From an uncultured Planctomycetota bacterium (GTDB lineage Bacteria > Planctomycetota > UBA1135 > UBA2386), in assembly GCA_963823025.1 (NCBI GenBank), contig CAWGKH010000004.1:9253-73252 (forward strand): 64,000 bases of DNA, given 5' to 3'. Under the pieces are notes generated by a model. That model worked only from the letters and a program-made list of their open reading frames with translations. It had not been told where the DNA came from and made no database searches. Shown here piece after piece: positions 33,715-43,920 of this stretch; within the stretch, counting starts at the first letter, position 1; every line of letters starts with the position of its first letter. A program made the position numbers and the translations under genes.

Positions 33715-36434
33715 GAGGTCACCTCCGGGGGAATGGGATAGGGCGGCGCACCGGCCGCGAGGCCGAGCGCCTTCGCGGCCGCACGCACGTCGCCGGCGCT
33801 TCGGCGGCCGGCGCGCTGCAGTCCGCACAGCGCCGCGTGCACGATGTGGCTCCGGTCGACCTCGAAGTGCGCGCGCAACGCATCGCGTGTGTCGCTGTGC
33901 CCGAAGCCGTGCGTGCCGAGTGCGATCAGGTCGCCGGGCAGCCATCGCGCCAGCACGTGTGGCAGATGCTGGACGAAGTCGGAGACCGCGACGATCGGCG
34001 TGTTGTCGTCGCCGAGCACCCGGGTGATCCACGGCTCGCGGTCGCCGCCTTCGAGTCGCGCCTCGCGGTCGGCCGCGAGCGCGTCCAGGTAGAGCGCGTT
34101 CCACGAGCTCGTGATGAACAGCTCGACCGGGACGTCGTGGTCGGACTCGAGCATGCGCCTGGCGGCGAGCGCCTCCGACACCAGGGGGCCGCTGACGAGC
34201 AGCCGCACACGGCCGTCGTCGTCCACCGCGTCCGACAGCCGGTAGCAGCCGCGCACGATCCCTTCCTCGGTGCCGTCGGGCAGCTTCGGGTGCGGGTACG
34301 ACTCGTTGGCGACCGTCAGGTAGAACAGCTCCTCCGCGCCCTCGCCGAGCATGCGCCGCAGCCCTTCGCGGACGAGCACGGCGAGCTCGAACCCGAACGT
34401 CACGTCGAAGGCTCGCACACCCGGGTACCCCATCGCCAGCAGATGGCTGTGTCCGTCCTGGTGCTGGAGGCCCTCGCCGTTCAACGCGGTCCGACCCGAC
34501 GTCGCGCCGATCAGGAAGCCGCGTGCCAGCGCGTCGCCCGCGGCCCAGATCAGGTCGCCGATCCGCTGGAAGCCGAACATCGAGTAGAAGAAGTAGAAGG
34601 GGATGCAGGGCACGCCGTTCGTGACGTGCGCGGTGCCGGCGGCGATCGCCGTCGCCATCGAGCCGGCCTCGGTGATGCCCGCCTCGATCAGCTGGCCCTT
34701 CGGCGTCTCGCGGTACTCGGTCAGCGTGCCGGCGTCGACCGGCTCGTAGTGCGGCTTGTCGGGAGCGTGGATGCCGACGCTCCGGAACAACGGCTCCATC
34801 CCGAACGTGCGTGCCTCGTCGGGGACGATCGGCACGAGCAGCTCGCCGACCGAGTCGTCGTGGAGCAGCGCAGTCAGGAGCCGGACGAGGATCACGGTCG
34901 TGCTGGCGTCGCGGTCGCCCGAGCCTTCGAGGTACGGGGCGAACAGGTCGTCGTCCGGCAGGGACGGTTTCGCGTCGGCGGGAACCCGGTTCGCCCGGCG
35001 CGGCACGGGTCCGCCCAGCGCGCGCCGGTGCTCCTCCAGGTAGCGTGCCTCCGGCGAGCCCTTCTCGGGCGCGACGAATGCGGCGTCCGCCGCCGCGTCA
35101 TCGTCGAGCGGCACTTCGAAGCGGTCGCGGAAGTACCGCAGCGCCTCCTCGTCGAGCGTCTTGCGCTTGTGGGTCGCGTTGCGGCCCTCGCCCCAGCGGC
35201 CGAGGCCGTAGCCCTTGATCGTGTGGGCGAGGATCACGGTCGGCCGCTGCTCCTCGGCGAGCGCCGCGGCGTAGGCGGCGTGCACCTTGACGCGGTCGTG
35301 ACCACCGCGGCCCAGCGCCAGCGCACGCAGCTTGCGCTCGTCCAGACCGTCGACCAGCGCACGCAGTGCGCGCGAGTCGAACAGCTCGTCGCGGAACGTA
35401 TCGGCGTCCGCCACCGCCCAGTGCTGCCAGTCGCCGTCGACCGTCCGCTCGAGTCGTGCGACGAGCGCGCCATCGACGTCGCGTTCGAACACCGGATCCC
35501 ACGCGCCACCCCACAGCACCTTGATGACGTTCCACCCGGCGCCGTGGAAGCGCGCTTCGAGCGAGTCGATCACGCTGGCGTTCGGCCGCACCGGTCCGTC
35601 GAGGCGCTGCAGGTTGCAGTCGACGACGAAAGTCAGGTTCGAGAGGTTCTCGCGCACCGCGAGGTCGAGGCCGGCGAGCGACTCGGGTTCGTCCATCTCG
35701 CCGTCCCCGCAGACCACGAACACGCGGCCGATGTCCTCGACCAGGCCACGGAGTTGCAGATAGCGGTCGAAGCGCGCCTGATGCACGCCCATCAGCGGCG
35801 CGAGGCCCATCGACACCGACGGGAACTCCCAGAAGTCCGGCATCGCGCGCGGGTGCGGGTACGACGGCAGCCCGTTCTCGGAGAGCTCGAGGCGAAACCC
35901 CGCGAGCTGCGCTTCGGTCAGTCGGCCTTCGACGAAGGCGCGGGCGTAGACACCGGGCGATGCGTGACCCTGGAGGAACACCGTGTCCCCGGGAACATCG
36001 CCATCGCGGCCGCGGAAGAAGTGATCGAAGCCGACCTGGAACAGCATCGCGGCCGACGCATAGGTCGAGATGTGGCCACCGAGTCCGGGATGCTCGCGGT
36101 TCGCCCGGACGACCATCGCCATCGCATTCCACCGGACCAGCGCGTCGATCCGGTGCTCGATCTCGAGGTCACCCGGATGGACGGGCTCGGCGTTGTGCGG
36201 GATCGAGTTGACCGGTGGCGTCGTCGTCCGTACGGGCGCCGGCGGCGCGGCACCGTGTGCGGCCGCGGCGCGCTCGAGCTGCTCGACCAGATCGGCACCG
36301 GCCTCGGTGCCGTAGCGATCGATGTGGCTCCGCAGCGCGTCGAGCCACTCGCGGACCTGCCGTCGCCGGGCCTCCCGAAAGCCTGCATCCTCGCCGACCA
36401 TGCGCGCCGGAGTGCGCAACCGCCGTGCCGACAT
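33711..36434 (-). CDS. aceE: Pyruvate dehydrogenase E1 component, homodimeric type
   Basis: 907 aa; HISTYASAAMLFQVGFDHFFRG, ThDP motif VCGDGEMDEPES ... VVDCNLQRLDG, HTIKGYGLG. Full length with no frame breaks. Confidence 0.92.
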   Translation of the reverse strand: MSARRLRTPARMVGEDAGFREARRRQVREWLDALRSHIDRYGTEAGADLVEQLERAAAAHGAAPPAPVRTTTPPVNSIPHNAEPVHPGDLEIEHRIDALVRWNAMAMVVRANREHPGLGGHISTYASAAMLFQVGFDHFFRGRDGDVPGDTVFLQGHASPGVYARAFVEGRLTEAQLAGFRLELSENGLPSYPHPRAMPDFWEFPSVSMGLAPLMGVHQARFDRYLQLRGLVEDIGRVFVVCGDGEMDEPESLAGLDLAVRENLSNLTFVVDCNLQRLDGPVRPNASVIDSLEARFHGAGWNVIKVLWGGAWDPVFERDVDGALVARLERTVDGDWQHWAVADADTFRDELFDSRALRALVDGLDERKLRALALGRGGHDRVKVHAAYAAALAEEQRPTVILAHTIKGYGLGRWGEGRNATHKRKTLDEEALRYFRDRFEVPLDDDAAADAAFVAPEKGSPEARYLEEHRRALGGPVPRRANRVPADAKPSLPDDDLFAPYLEGSGDRDASTTVILVRLLTALLHDDSVGELLVPIVPDEARTFGMEPLFRSVGIHAPDKPHYEPVDAGTLTEYRETPKGQLIEAGITEAGSMATAIAAGTAHVTNGVPCIPFYFFYSMFGFQRIGDLIWAAGDALARGFLIGATSGRTALNGEGLQHQDGHSHLLAMGYPGVRAFDVTFGFELAVLVREGLRRMLGEGAEELFYLTVANESYPHPKLPDGTEEGIVRGCYRLSDAVDDDGRVRLLVSGPLVSEALAARRMLESDHDVPVELFITSSWNALYLDALAADREARLEGGDREPWITRVLGDDNTPIVAVSDFVQHLPHVLARWLPGDLIALGTHGFGHSDTRDALRAHFEVDRSHIVHAALCGLQRAGRRSAGDVRAAAKALGLAAGAPPYPIPPEVTS

Positions 36435-36522
36435 CGGTGCGGGGCCGATGCCGTCGGACCGGCGATTGCTCGGTGGGGATGGAGCCGATCGTTCGGCGAG
36501 CCAGGTTCCGAACCCGGGACGG

Positions 36523-38898
36523 CTACTCGGAGCGCTCGCGTCCGGCGTCGCCGTTCCGCGCGGACGCCGCCAGAGCGCCGTCCTGGCCGGCGAGGTGCAG
36601 CGGCGGTGAGTTGCCTTGCTTGTCTTCGCCGACGTAGATCGTCCGGTGCGGGAACGGGATCTCGATGCCGCGTTCGTCGAAGGTGCGCTTCATGCGCCGG
36701 TTGAACTCGCGGCCGACCGACCACTGCTGGCTCGGTGCGGTCTTGAGTCGCGCGCGCACGATCACGGCAGAGTCCTCGAAGCGGTCGAGGCCGAAGATCT
36801 CGATCGGCTCGAGGATCTTCGAGCCGAAGTCGGGGTCGTTCTGCATCTCCTCCCCGAGCTCCTTCAGCACCTCGATCACCTCGTCGACGTCCTCGCGGTA
36901 GGCGACGCCGCACTCGATCAGGTAGCAGCTGAACTCCTTGGTCAGGTTCGCGAACTGGCCGACCGTGCTGTAGGGGATCGTGTGGACGTTGCCGGAGAGG
37001 TCCCGCAGGCGGATCGTGCGGATGTTGATCGCTTCGACGAGGCCGCCGGTGCCGTCGATCATCACGATGTCGCCGACCGACACGGCGTCCTCGAGCAGGA
37101 TGAACACGCCGGTGATGATGTCCTTGACGAGGGTCTGCGCGCCGAAGCCGATCGCGAGGCCGAGCACGCCGATCGACGCGACCACCGGCGCGAGGTTGAC
37201 GCCGAGCTGACCGAGGACGGTCAGCGACGCGAGCACCCAGACGACGAGTTTGATCGCCTTCTGCGTCAGCGGCAGCAGCGTGCGCAGCTTGGCCGTGTCG
37301 TCGTTGCTGAGCTGCTTGCGGCGGAGGTACGACTCGGTCACGGCCGTGGACACGTCGATCGTCGCGAACGCGAGGAACACGATCGCGAGCACGACGAGCG
37401 CGGTGGTCAGCACGTCGCGCAGCAGCGTCGACTGCAGGGCTTCGATCGCGCCGACGCCCCACGCTTCGAACGCGAACCCCGCTGCGACGATGCCGACGAC
37501 GATGCCGAGCACGATGCGCGCGCCGGACAGATACCGCGGGATGCGGCGGCGGATCGTCGGCAGCGGTTTCGCCAGCGACGCGAGCCGCGAGCCGAGCTTG
37601 CGCAGGCCGGCGTCGGCCAGCGCGTAGACGGCGATCGCGGCGGCGGCGCAGCCGAGGGTGATGCCGGTGGACGCGAGCGCTCGCCCGAACGCGCCCTGGA
37701 TGCCGCTCATCCACAGGGTGTAGAGCCCGAACATGTAGACGAGCGCGGCGATCCACCAGAGGCCGAGCACGGCTCGGGCGGCGGACACCCAGCTTCGAGC
37801 GGGCTCGTGCTCGGATCCGGCCGACGGGGCGGTCGGCGCGTCGCTGCGAGCCTCCTGGCTCGGCTCGTCGTCGGCGGCCGACGCGGGCCACCCGCGGTAA
37901 CGCAGCACGAGCGTTACGCCGACGATCAGCAGCACGATCGCGTACAGGCTCCGCAATGCGTCGACGAGTGCGGCATCCGCGCCGAGTGCCCGCACCGCGA
38001 CGATCGCGAAGTACCCGTAGATCCCTAGCGCGCTGGCGCGCAGCAGCGAGCGGGCGAGGGCCGAAGCCGGTGCGTCGCCGACCGGCACGACCCGCAGCTC
38101 GGGTGTGCGTGGCGCGAGCACCGCGCCGAGCAGGGCGCGCGCCGCCCCGCGCAGGGCCACCGCCGAGGCGACCGCGAGCGCGATCGCACCGCCCGCGGGG
38201 TCGATGCGGATCAACGAGATGCCGGCGAACGCGATCGCGAGCGCCGCGGCCGGCGATGCGAGGTCGACGAGCAGGCGCAGCGTGACTCGACCGATGCGCT
38301 CGAGGCGACGGAGCGGGCGGTCCTGCGCGTGCCGACCCAACAGCGCGCGCACGCGGCCCAGGAGGAACCAGACGAGCAGGTAGCCCGCGATCGCGGCAGC
38401 GGCGATCGCCGCGGAGAGGCCGGTCTGGGTCAGCAGCGCCGCGCGTTGCTCGGGATTCGCGAGACGCGCCTGCAACGCGCGCAGGCGATCGGGCACCGTG
38501 GCGACCTGGTCGACGACGCCGTCGATCGTGTTGCTGGCCTCGTCGCTGAGGCCTCGGAAGAACGCGACGAGCTTCTCGACGAGCGTCGACTCGGGCGCGG
38601 TCGCCGCGCCGGACGGTGCCGGCTCCTCGGCGGCCCGGATCAGCGCCTGCAGGCGCTCGATCAGCTTCTGGCGTTCCGCGGGATCCTGGATGTCCTGGAC
38701 GAGCTGCTGCAGCGTGTCGACCGACACCTGCTGCCCGCCGGCCTGCTGCCCGCCGGCCTGCTGGGCCGACGGAGCGGGTGCGGTCGGAGTCTGCTGGCAG
38801 CGAGGGGCTGCTGCGCAGGTGAGCGCGACGAGGGCCGCGAGGAGGACGAGGAGCGAACGCGGCGTCCAGCGCATGCGCGCGACGAAGGCAACATCCAT
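36523..38898 (-). CDS. Large MscS-family mechanosensitive channel (MscK/MscM-like architecture)
   Basis: 791 aa; signal/coiled N-terminal region and multiple TM helices. MscS core LGLAIGFGAQTLVKDIITGVFILLEDAVSVGDIV ... IRLRDLSGNVHTIP ... IEIPFPHRT. Confidence 0.88.
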   Translation of the reverse strand: MDVAFVARMRWTPRSLLVLLAALVALTCAAAPRCQQTPTAPAPSAQQAGGQQAGGQQVSVDTLQQLVQDIQDPAERQKLIERLQALIRAAEEPAPSGAATAPESTLVEKLVAFFRGLSDEASNTIDGVVDQVATVPDRLRALQARLANPEQRAALLTQTGLSAAIAAAAIAGYLLVWFLLGRVRALLGRHAQDRPLRRLERIGRVTLRLLVDLASPAAALAIAFAGISLIRIDPAGGAIALAVASAVALRGAARALLGAVLAPRTPELRVVPVGDAPASALARSLLRASALGIYGYFAIVAVRALGADAALVDALRSLYAIVLLIVGVTLVLRYRGWPASAADDEPSQEARSDAPTAPSAGSEHEPARSWVSAARAVLGLWWIAALVYMFGLYTLWMSGIQGAFGRALASTGITLGCAAAAIAVYALADAGLRKLGSRLASLAKPLPTIRRRIPRYLSGARIVLGIVVGIVAAGFAFEAWGVGAIEALQSTLLRDVLTTALVVLAIVFLAFATIDVSTAVTESYLRRKQLSNDDTAKLRTLLPLTQKAIKLVVWVLASLTVLGQLGVNLAPVVASIGVLGLAIGFGAQTLVKDIITGVFILLEDAVSVGDIVMIDGTGGLVEAINIRTIRLRDLSGNVHTIPYSTVGQFANLTKEFSCYLIECGVAYREDVDEVIEVLKELGEEMQNDPDFGSKILEPIEIFGLDRFEDSAVIVRARLKTAPSQQWSVGREFNRRMKRTFDERGIEIPFPHRTIYVGEDKQGNSPPLHLAGQDGALAASARNGDAGRERSE

Positions 38899-38902
38899 GC
38901 CG

Positions 38903-39178
38903 TCAGGTCTGTCCGCGGGTCCGCGCGGCGGTCCGGCCGAGGCGCGCGCGGTGGTCGACGCAGTTGTTCACCTGGACCTCGTTCTTGAAGACCTCGCGCG
39001 GACCGAAGCCGCACAGCGTGCCGTCGTCGAACAGCTTGCGGCAATGGACGCAGTCCGCGCACTTCGAGCGCTTGCCGATGCCGAGGCCGGATGCGCGAAG
39101 CGCCCACCACAGCAAGCCGCCGAGCAGCAGGGCGGCGAGGATCATCTGGATCGGCATCGGCATCGCGCGTTGGTCCAT
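38903..39178 (-). CDS. Small membrane protein with five Cys (hypothetical)
   Basis: 91 aa; TM helix IQMILAALLLGGLLWWAL followed by CADCVHC ... LCGF ... NNC. Ends 4 nt before the MscS start. Confidence 0.45.
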   Translation of the reverse strand: MDQRAMPMPIQMILAALLLGGLLWWALRASGLGIGKRSKCADCVHCRKLFDDGTLCGFGPREVFKNEVQVNNCVDHRARLGRTAARTRGQT

Positions 39179-39241
39179 CTGCGGCCGTGCGTGCCGTCCG
39201 CAGGGCGGGTCAGTGTAGCACGATCGGCGTGGCGTGCGGGC

Positions 39242-40411
39242 TCAGTCGCCGCGGAGCAGTCGCCTGCCCTTCCAAGCGCTGCCGCGGCCGCGTGCGTGGG
39301 CGAGCGCCGAGTCGATCGTCATCGCGGTGTAGAGCAGGCCGGCGAGCGGCAGCGCGGCCGCGAGGAGCCGCGGCTGCCGGTAGAACCGCAGGATCGGCAG
39401 CATGCTGACCGCCATCAGCGTCCACGCGCTCGCGCCGAGCGCGGCCGCGAGCGTGTCGCGGTGCAGGGGCCAGGCGAGGAGCAGCAGCGGCGGCAGCAGG
39501 TAGAGCAGCAGCATGCCGGCGACGGTGCCGAGCAGCTTCCCCGGCGAGTAGCCGAGCTGCGTGTACGCGCTGCGTGCGACCATCTTCCACACGCCGCGGA
39601 GACCGCCGTAGCCACGGATGCTCTTGCTGCTCTCGGTGAGACCGAGCCAGGTGCCGCGGCCGCGCGCACTGGCCACCGGCTTGATCGCGCGCGCGAGCGA
39701 GCAGTCGTCGATCAGCGCGTCGTGGATCGTCGCGAAGCCGCCCGCGCGGTCGAGCGCGTCGCGGGCGAGCAGGATGCAGCCACCGGCGGCGGCGGCGGTC
39801 GAGCGCGAACGATCGTTGGCCCAGGCGAACGGGTACAGCTTCTGGAAGAACAGCACGAACGCCGGGATCAGCAGCCGTTCCCAGGCACTCTCGATCGCGA
39901 GCTCGACCATCAGCGAGACCTGGTCGAGCGAGTCGTGCTCGGCCTTCGCGACGAGGTTGCGGAGCGTGTCGGGGGCGTGCTCGACGTCGGCGTCGGTCAG
40001 CCACACGAACTGCGCGGCCGGCGCGACCTCGGCCGCGCGTGCGTGGCCCTGCGACATCGCCCAGACCTTGGGCGCCCAGCCGTCGGGGCGCGGCGCGGCG
40101 CGGAGGAGGACCAGCCGGTCGGTGTCGGGCACGGCCGCGCGCGCGACGTCCGCGGTGCCGTCCTCGCTCTGGTCGTCGACGAGGACGATCGTGAGCCGGC
40201 CCGGGTAGTCCTGCGCTGCGACCGCACCGATCGTGCGTGCGACCACGTCAGCCTCGTCGCGCGCCGGGATCACGGCGACGACGTCGGGCCAGTGCGCGGG
40301 CGCCGGCGACGCGGTCAGGCGTTCGCGCGTGCGCCAGAACCCGCCACGGAACGCCAGCAGCCATGCCCACGCGAGCACGTCGATGCCGGCGGCGATCGCG
40401 AGAGGCGTCAA
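39242..40411 (-). CDS. Family 2 glycosyltransferase, membrane-bound (HpnB-like architecture)
   Basis: N-terminal TM helix plus FWRTRE; VAVIPARDEADVV, VLVDDQSEDGT, LTDADVEH (DxD-type) and C-terminal TM helices. The resemblance to hopene-associated HpnB is from memory only. Confidence 0.7.
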   Translation of the reverse strand: MTPLAIAAGIDVLAWAWLLAFRGGFWRTRERLTASPAPAHWPDVVAVIPARDEADVVARTIGAVAAQDYPGRLTIVLVDDQSEDGTADVARAAVPDTDRLVLLRAAPRPDGWAPKVWAMSQGHARAAEVAPAAQFVWLTDADVEHAPDTLRNLVAKAEHDSLDQVSLMVELAIESAWERLLIPAFVLFFQKLYPFAWANDRSRSTAAAAGGCILLARDALDRAGGFATIHDALIDDCSLARAIKPVASARGRGTWLGLTESSKSIRGYGGLRGVWKMVARSAYTQLGYSPGKLLGTVAGMLLLYLLPPLLLLAWPLHRDTLAAALGASAWTLMAVSMLPILRFYRQPRLLAAALPLAGLLYTAMTIDSALAHARGRGSAWKGRRLLRGD

Positions 40412-40438
40412 ATCACACCGGGTCTGGTTCGACGCCTG

Positions 40439-42967
40439 TCACCGGCCGGGTCGCGGGTCGCGGACCTTGGTACCGGTCGCGAGCGATTCGAGCGTCGAGT
40501 GGACGACCTCGAAGTGATCGCGTCGCCGCAGCAGCGTGGCGGCCGCGATCCCGTCGATCTTCTCGCGCGCGGCCTGCACGACCGCCAGGTCTTCGTTGGC
40601 GGCGAATTCGCGACCGTGATGGGTCACGAGGATCAGCACGCGGCGACCCTCGATGTCGGGGCGTAGCTCGTCGAGCCGCGCACCGATCGCAGCGAGGTGC
40701 TCGTCATCGGAGCCCTGATCGACGCCGAGCAGCAGCAGCGGTGGAGTCGCGCCGTCGTTGCGCCCGAGTACGGTGACGTACTCCGGTGTGACCTCGGGAA
40801 GGAGCTGGACCGCATGGCCGTCCCCCGCGTCGAGCGTCAGCTTGCGCGGCCCGGCGGTCGACAGCTCGTCGATGGTCCGCGACAGCGGCAGCGAATACGG
40901 CTGCGAGGCCCCGGGCCAGACGAGCGTCACGTCGACGTCCGCGAGCTGGCCTTCGCGCGCCAGCAGCCCGGGCAGCTCGTGTTCGACCTGCGCGAGGACC
41001 AGCTCGTCCTCCGAGCCGGGATCCGCCGTGATGCGCAGCCGGTCGCCGTCGCGCACCGGTGCGGCGAACAGCGCCGGATGCACCTGCACGGGAGGCTCGC
41101 CGTCCACCACCACGCGCGTGGCACCGAGCTCGACGAGGCGCTCGACCAGCCGATCCGCGAGCGCCGAAGGTGCGACGCGAACGGTCGAGCCCTCGGGAAT
41201 CTCCGCGGCGTCGAGCTCGCGCTGCATCGAGCTCTCGAGCTGTGCATCGTCGCGGTCGGTCGCGTCCGCAGTGATCTGGAACGCCTTCTCCCCGGTCCGC
41301 TCGATCGTCAAGAGGCTCGGGAACACGACGTCGAGCGTGCCGTGATCGTCGAGCTCGAGCCGCCGCGTGCCCGCGTGCTCGATCGTTTCGTACAACGTCC
41401 GTTGCATCGTGCGCGAGAGCGCACCGGAGCCCGCGATCTCGACGCGCACGCGTTGATCGCGCAGCCCCCGCGCAGCCCGCGCGAGTCGCCGCTCGATGGC
41501 GCGGGCGAGCTCCGCCGGCTTGCCCGCGTCGGTGTCGACGCGGACGATCCGCAGCTCACCGAACCCGTCGCTATCGGTCCGAAACGTGACCGGCGATGGC
41601 AGGAACGGCTCGCGTTGTTCGCCGCCGAACGTGCACGCGACGCTCTTCGGCGCGAGAGGCCCGAGCGCCTCATCGATGCAACGGCGCTCGACCTCGGCTT
41701 CGAACGCGAACCCGGCCGGCCAGTCGACGGTCACCTGCTTGCCGCCGATGGTGTCCACGAGCTTCGCCACCTCGCGTTGGAACGCCGCGATGTTCGACGC
41801 GTCGTCGCGCTCGCTCTGCTGCACGCCGAGGAGAATGCGATCGCCCTTCGCCGCGACGCGCAGGAGCCTCGGCCACAGCAGGTCCGGCGTGCCGTCGGCA
41901 CGCGCCAACTCCATCTGCTGCGGCTTGAGCGCGGCGGCGAGCTCGAGGAGTGTCGCGACCTCCTCCGGGCGTGCCGCATGGCCGTCGAAGCGCACCTCGA
42001 CGCTCCGGCCGCCGATCCGTTCGCGGGCACCCCGCAGCACGAGACCGAGCGCGGCCGCAGTCACCGACGGGTCCTCGGCCGGTGACACCGTGACCGCGAC
42101 GTTGCCGTCGCGATCCTCGATCCGGACGCGAGTCTCGAGCTCGCGATCGAACAGCACCGACTCCGCGCCCTCCTCGTCGGCGATCACCGCACGCACCGCG
42201 CCGGCCTTGCTCAGGGCGACCCGGATCAGGTCGTTGACCTCGGCGTCGGGGCGCACGTTGCCGGAGAACGCGAACGAGAACTGCCGGCCGTGGGCGCCGA
42301 TCCCGAGGCGCGCGAGCTCCGGCTGCATCGCACCGGGCAGGTCCGCCGGATCGAGGTCACCGGTGTCGATCGACACGCGCACCGCGTGACCGTGGAGGTC
42401 GGTCGTCGCACGCACGGTCGGCATCGTGTCCTCGTGCACGATCTCGTTCGGATAGCCTCGCTGGACGATCACGCGCAGCGGCTTGACCGGCGCGAGCGCG
42501 CGCGCGACGACCGCCTTGATCGCGCTCGGGATCAGCGCGTCCCCCTGGAACTCGACCGCGACGCGTTGCCAGCGCAGCTGCTTGCTCGCGCCACGTGCGG
42601 CGCGCGCCAGCGGCCCCTCGACGGCACCGGCGATCGCGTCCTTCTCCATCGCGGGCACGGTCACCGTGAACCGGAGATCCCAACCGTCTTCGTCGGCAGG
42701 ACCGAGCGACACGGTCACCGGGGACTCGTCGTCGGCGGGTTCGAGCGTCTCGAGCTCTTCGTCGCCGGCGGGCTCGGGCGTGGCCAGCTCCTCGTCGTCG
42801 GCGAACTCCAACGTCTCGAGCTCTTCCTCCTCCACCGGCTCCAGCTCCTCGGCGGGCTTCGCGGGGCCTCGCTTCTGGGGTTTCTCGCGAGCGGGACGGT
42901 TCGGCTTGCGGCGGCGGGATGCGCTCATCGGCGAAGTTCGATCTGCGGGGAGCCGGCGGCGCGCCAC
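40439..42967 (-). CDS. 842-aa protein of unknown function with basic/acidic N-terminus and about eight internal ~100-aa repeats
   Basis: Clean high-GC3 ORF. N-terminus RRRKPNRPAREKPQKRG, then EELETLEFADDEELATPEPAGDEELETLEPADDE. Recurring modules such as RVAVEFQGDAL ..., RQFSFAFSGNVRPD ..., RSVEVRFDGHAARP ..., KQVTVDWPAGFAF ..., RVRVEIAGSGAL ..., DVDVTLVWPGASQ ..., RRVLILVTHHGREF. I recognise no family. Confidence 0.7.
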   Translation of the reverse strand: MARRRLPADRTSPMSASRRRKPNRPAREKPQKRGPAKPAEELEPVEEEELETLEFADDEELATPEPAGDEELETLEPADDESPVTVSLGPADEDGWDLRFTVTVPAMEKDAIAGAVEGPLARAARGASKQLRWQRVAVEFQGDALIPSAIKAVVARALAPVKPLRVIVQRGYPNEIVHEDTMPTVRATTDLHGHAVRVSIDTGDLDPADLPGAMQPELARLGIGAHGRQFSFAFSGNVRPDAEVNDLIRVALSKAGAVRAVIADEEGAESVLFDRELETRVRIEDRDGNVAVTVSPAEDPSVTAAALGLVLRGARERIGGRSVEVRFDGHAARPEEVATLLELAAALKPQQMELARADGTPDLLWPRLLRVAAKGDRILLGVQQSERDDASNIAAFQREVAKLVDTIGGKQVTVDWPAGFAFEAEVERRCIDEALGPLAPKSVACTFGGEQREPFLPSPVTFRTDSDGFGELRIVRVDTDAGKPAELARAIERRLARAARGLRDQRVRVEIAGSGALSRTMQRTLYETIEHAGTRRLELDDHGTLDVVFPSLLTIERTGEKAFQITADATDRDDAQLESSMQRELDAAEIPEGSTVRVAPSALADRLVERLVELGATRVVVDGEPPVQVHPALFAAPVRDGDRLRITADPGSEDELVLAQVEHELPGLLAREGQLADVDVTLVWPGASQPYSLPLSRTIDELSTAGPRKLTLDAGDGHAVQLLPEVTPEYVTVLGRNDGATPPLLLLGVDQGSDDEHLAAIGARLDELRPDIEGRRVLILVTHHGREFAANEDLAVVQAAREKIDGIAAATLLRRRDHFEVVHSTLESLATGTKVRDPRPGR

Positions 42968-43109
42968 CGGCGGGGGATCGGACAGGCTAGCCCTTGGCGT
43001 TCGGCAGCGTCCACTGCGAGTCGCTCATCTGCACTGGCCGACCTTCAGCGTCGCTTCAGCACCCGTCCGTAGTCTCCCGCGCTCGAACCACGGAAACGAG
43101 GTGACCCTG

Positions 43110-43904
43110 ATGAACATCGGTATCTACGCACCAATCCTGCTGGCGTTTGCGTCGGCCCCTTCCTCCCCGTCGACCCCCGCGCCGACGTCCCCGCTGCCGC
43201 GCACCGCCCCTGCGCCGGTCGCCAGCGGCGAGATCGATCCCCGCGACATCGTGCAGGAGGCCCGCATCTCGCTGCGCGACGCGATCGCTCGCGCGCTGAC
43301 CATCCAACCAGGACGTGCCGTCGAGGCCGACCTCGAGGGCGAGATCAACAACGGCAAGCGCGAAGTGTTCTTCGAGGTCATGGTGCTCACCGACGCGGGC
43401 GGTCTCGTCGAGGTCCACCTCGATCCCGCGACCGGTGAGAAGCGCGAGAGCGAGAACGCCGAGGACGACGCCGACGAGATCCCCGGCTTCGTCGCGGCAC
43501 TGCGCTACGCCGAACTCGACCTCGCGACGCTCGTGGAGAAGGCCGAGGCGGTCGTCAAGGGCACGCCGGTCCACGCGTCCCTGAAGCTCGAGGAGGAAGG
43601 CCCCGTGTGCGGCATCCGCCTGGTCCACACCCGCTACCTGATCTCGGCCGAGATCGAAGCGCGGGCCGGCCAACTCGTCGAGCTCGGCCTGAAGTCGGAG
43701 CACGGCGAACACGGCGAACACGGCGAGGAAGGCGAGCGCGGGGAAGCGGGCGAGCACGGCGAGGAAGGCGAGGCCGGCGAACGCGGCGAACGCGGCGAGG
43801 AAGCCGAGGAAGGCGAAGCCGGCGAGCACGAGGAAGCCGGCGAGCACGAGGAGCGCGGCGAGGACGAGGAAGCCGACGAGGAGCGCGGCGAGCGGCAAGG
43901 CTGA
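43110..43904 (+). CDS. PepSY-domain protein with His/Glu/Gly-rich C-terminal tail
   Basis: Two PepSY-like segments (ISLRDAIARALTIQPGRAVEADLE ... FFEVMVL; DLATLVEKAEAVVKGTPVHASLKLEE), then EHGEHGEHGEEGERGEAGEHGEEGEAGERGERGEE... Confidence 0.65.
   Translation: MNIGIYAPILLAFASAPSSPSTPAPTSPLPRTAPAPVASGEIDPRDIVQEARISLRDAIARALTIQPGRAVEADLEGEINNGKREVFFEVMVLTDAGGLVEVHLDPATGEKRESENAEDDADEIPGFVAALRYAELDLATLVEKAEAVVKGTPVHASLKLEEEGPVCGIRLVHTRYLISAEIEARAGQLVELGLKSEHGEHGEHGEEGERGEAGEHGEEGEAGERGERGEEAEEGEAGEHEEAGEHEERGEDEEADEERGERQG
43698..43901 (+). repeat. Degenerate in-frame tandem repeat (GAR-SRS-GGC periodicity) encoding the E/H/G-rich tail
   Basis: gagcacggcgaacacggcgaacacggcgaggaaggcgag ... repeating at 6-9 nt periodicity, entirely within the PepSY ORF. 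Confidence 0.7.
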
Positions 43905-43920
43905 GCAGTACGCTTCTCCC

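Noticed and set aside
43698-43901. Short-period DNA repeats that could be mistaken for a CRISPR or VNTR locus
   Set aside because: The period is 6-9 nt with no spacers. The repeat is in frame and encodes the Glu/His/Gly tail of the PepSY protein, so it is a coding low-complexity repeat.
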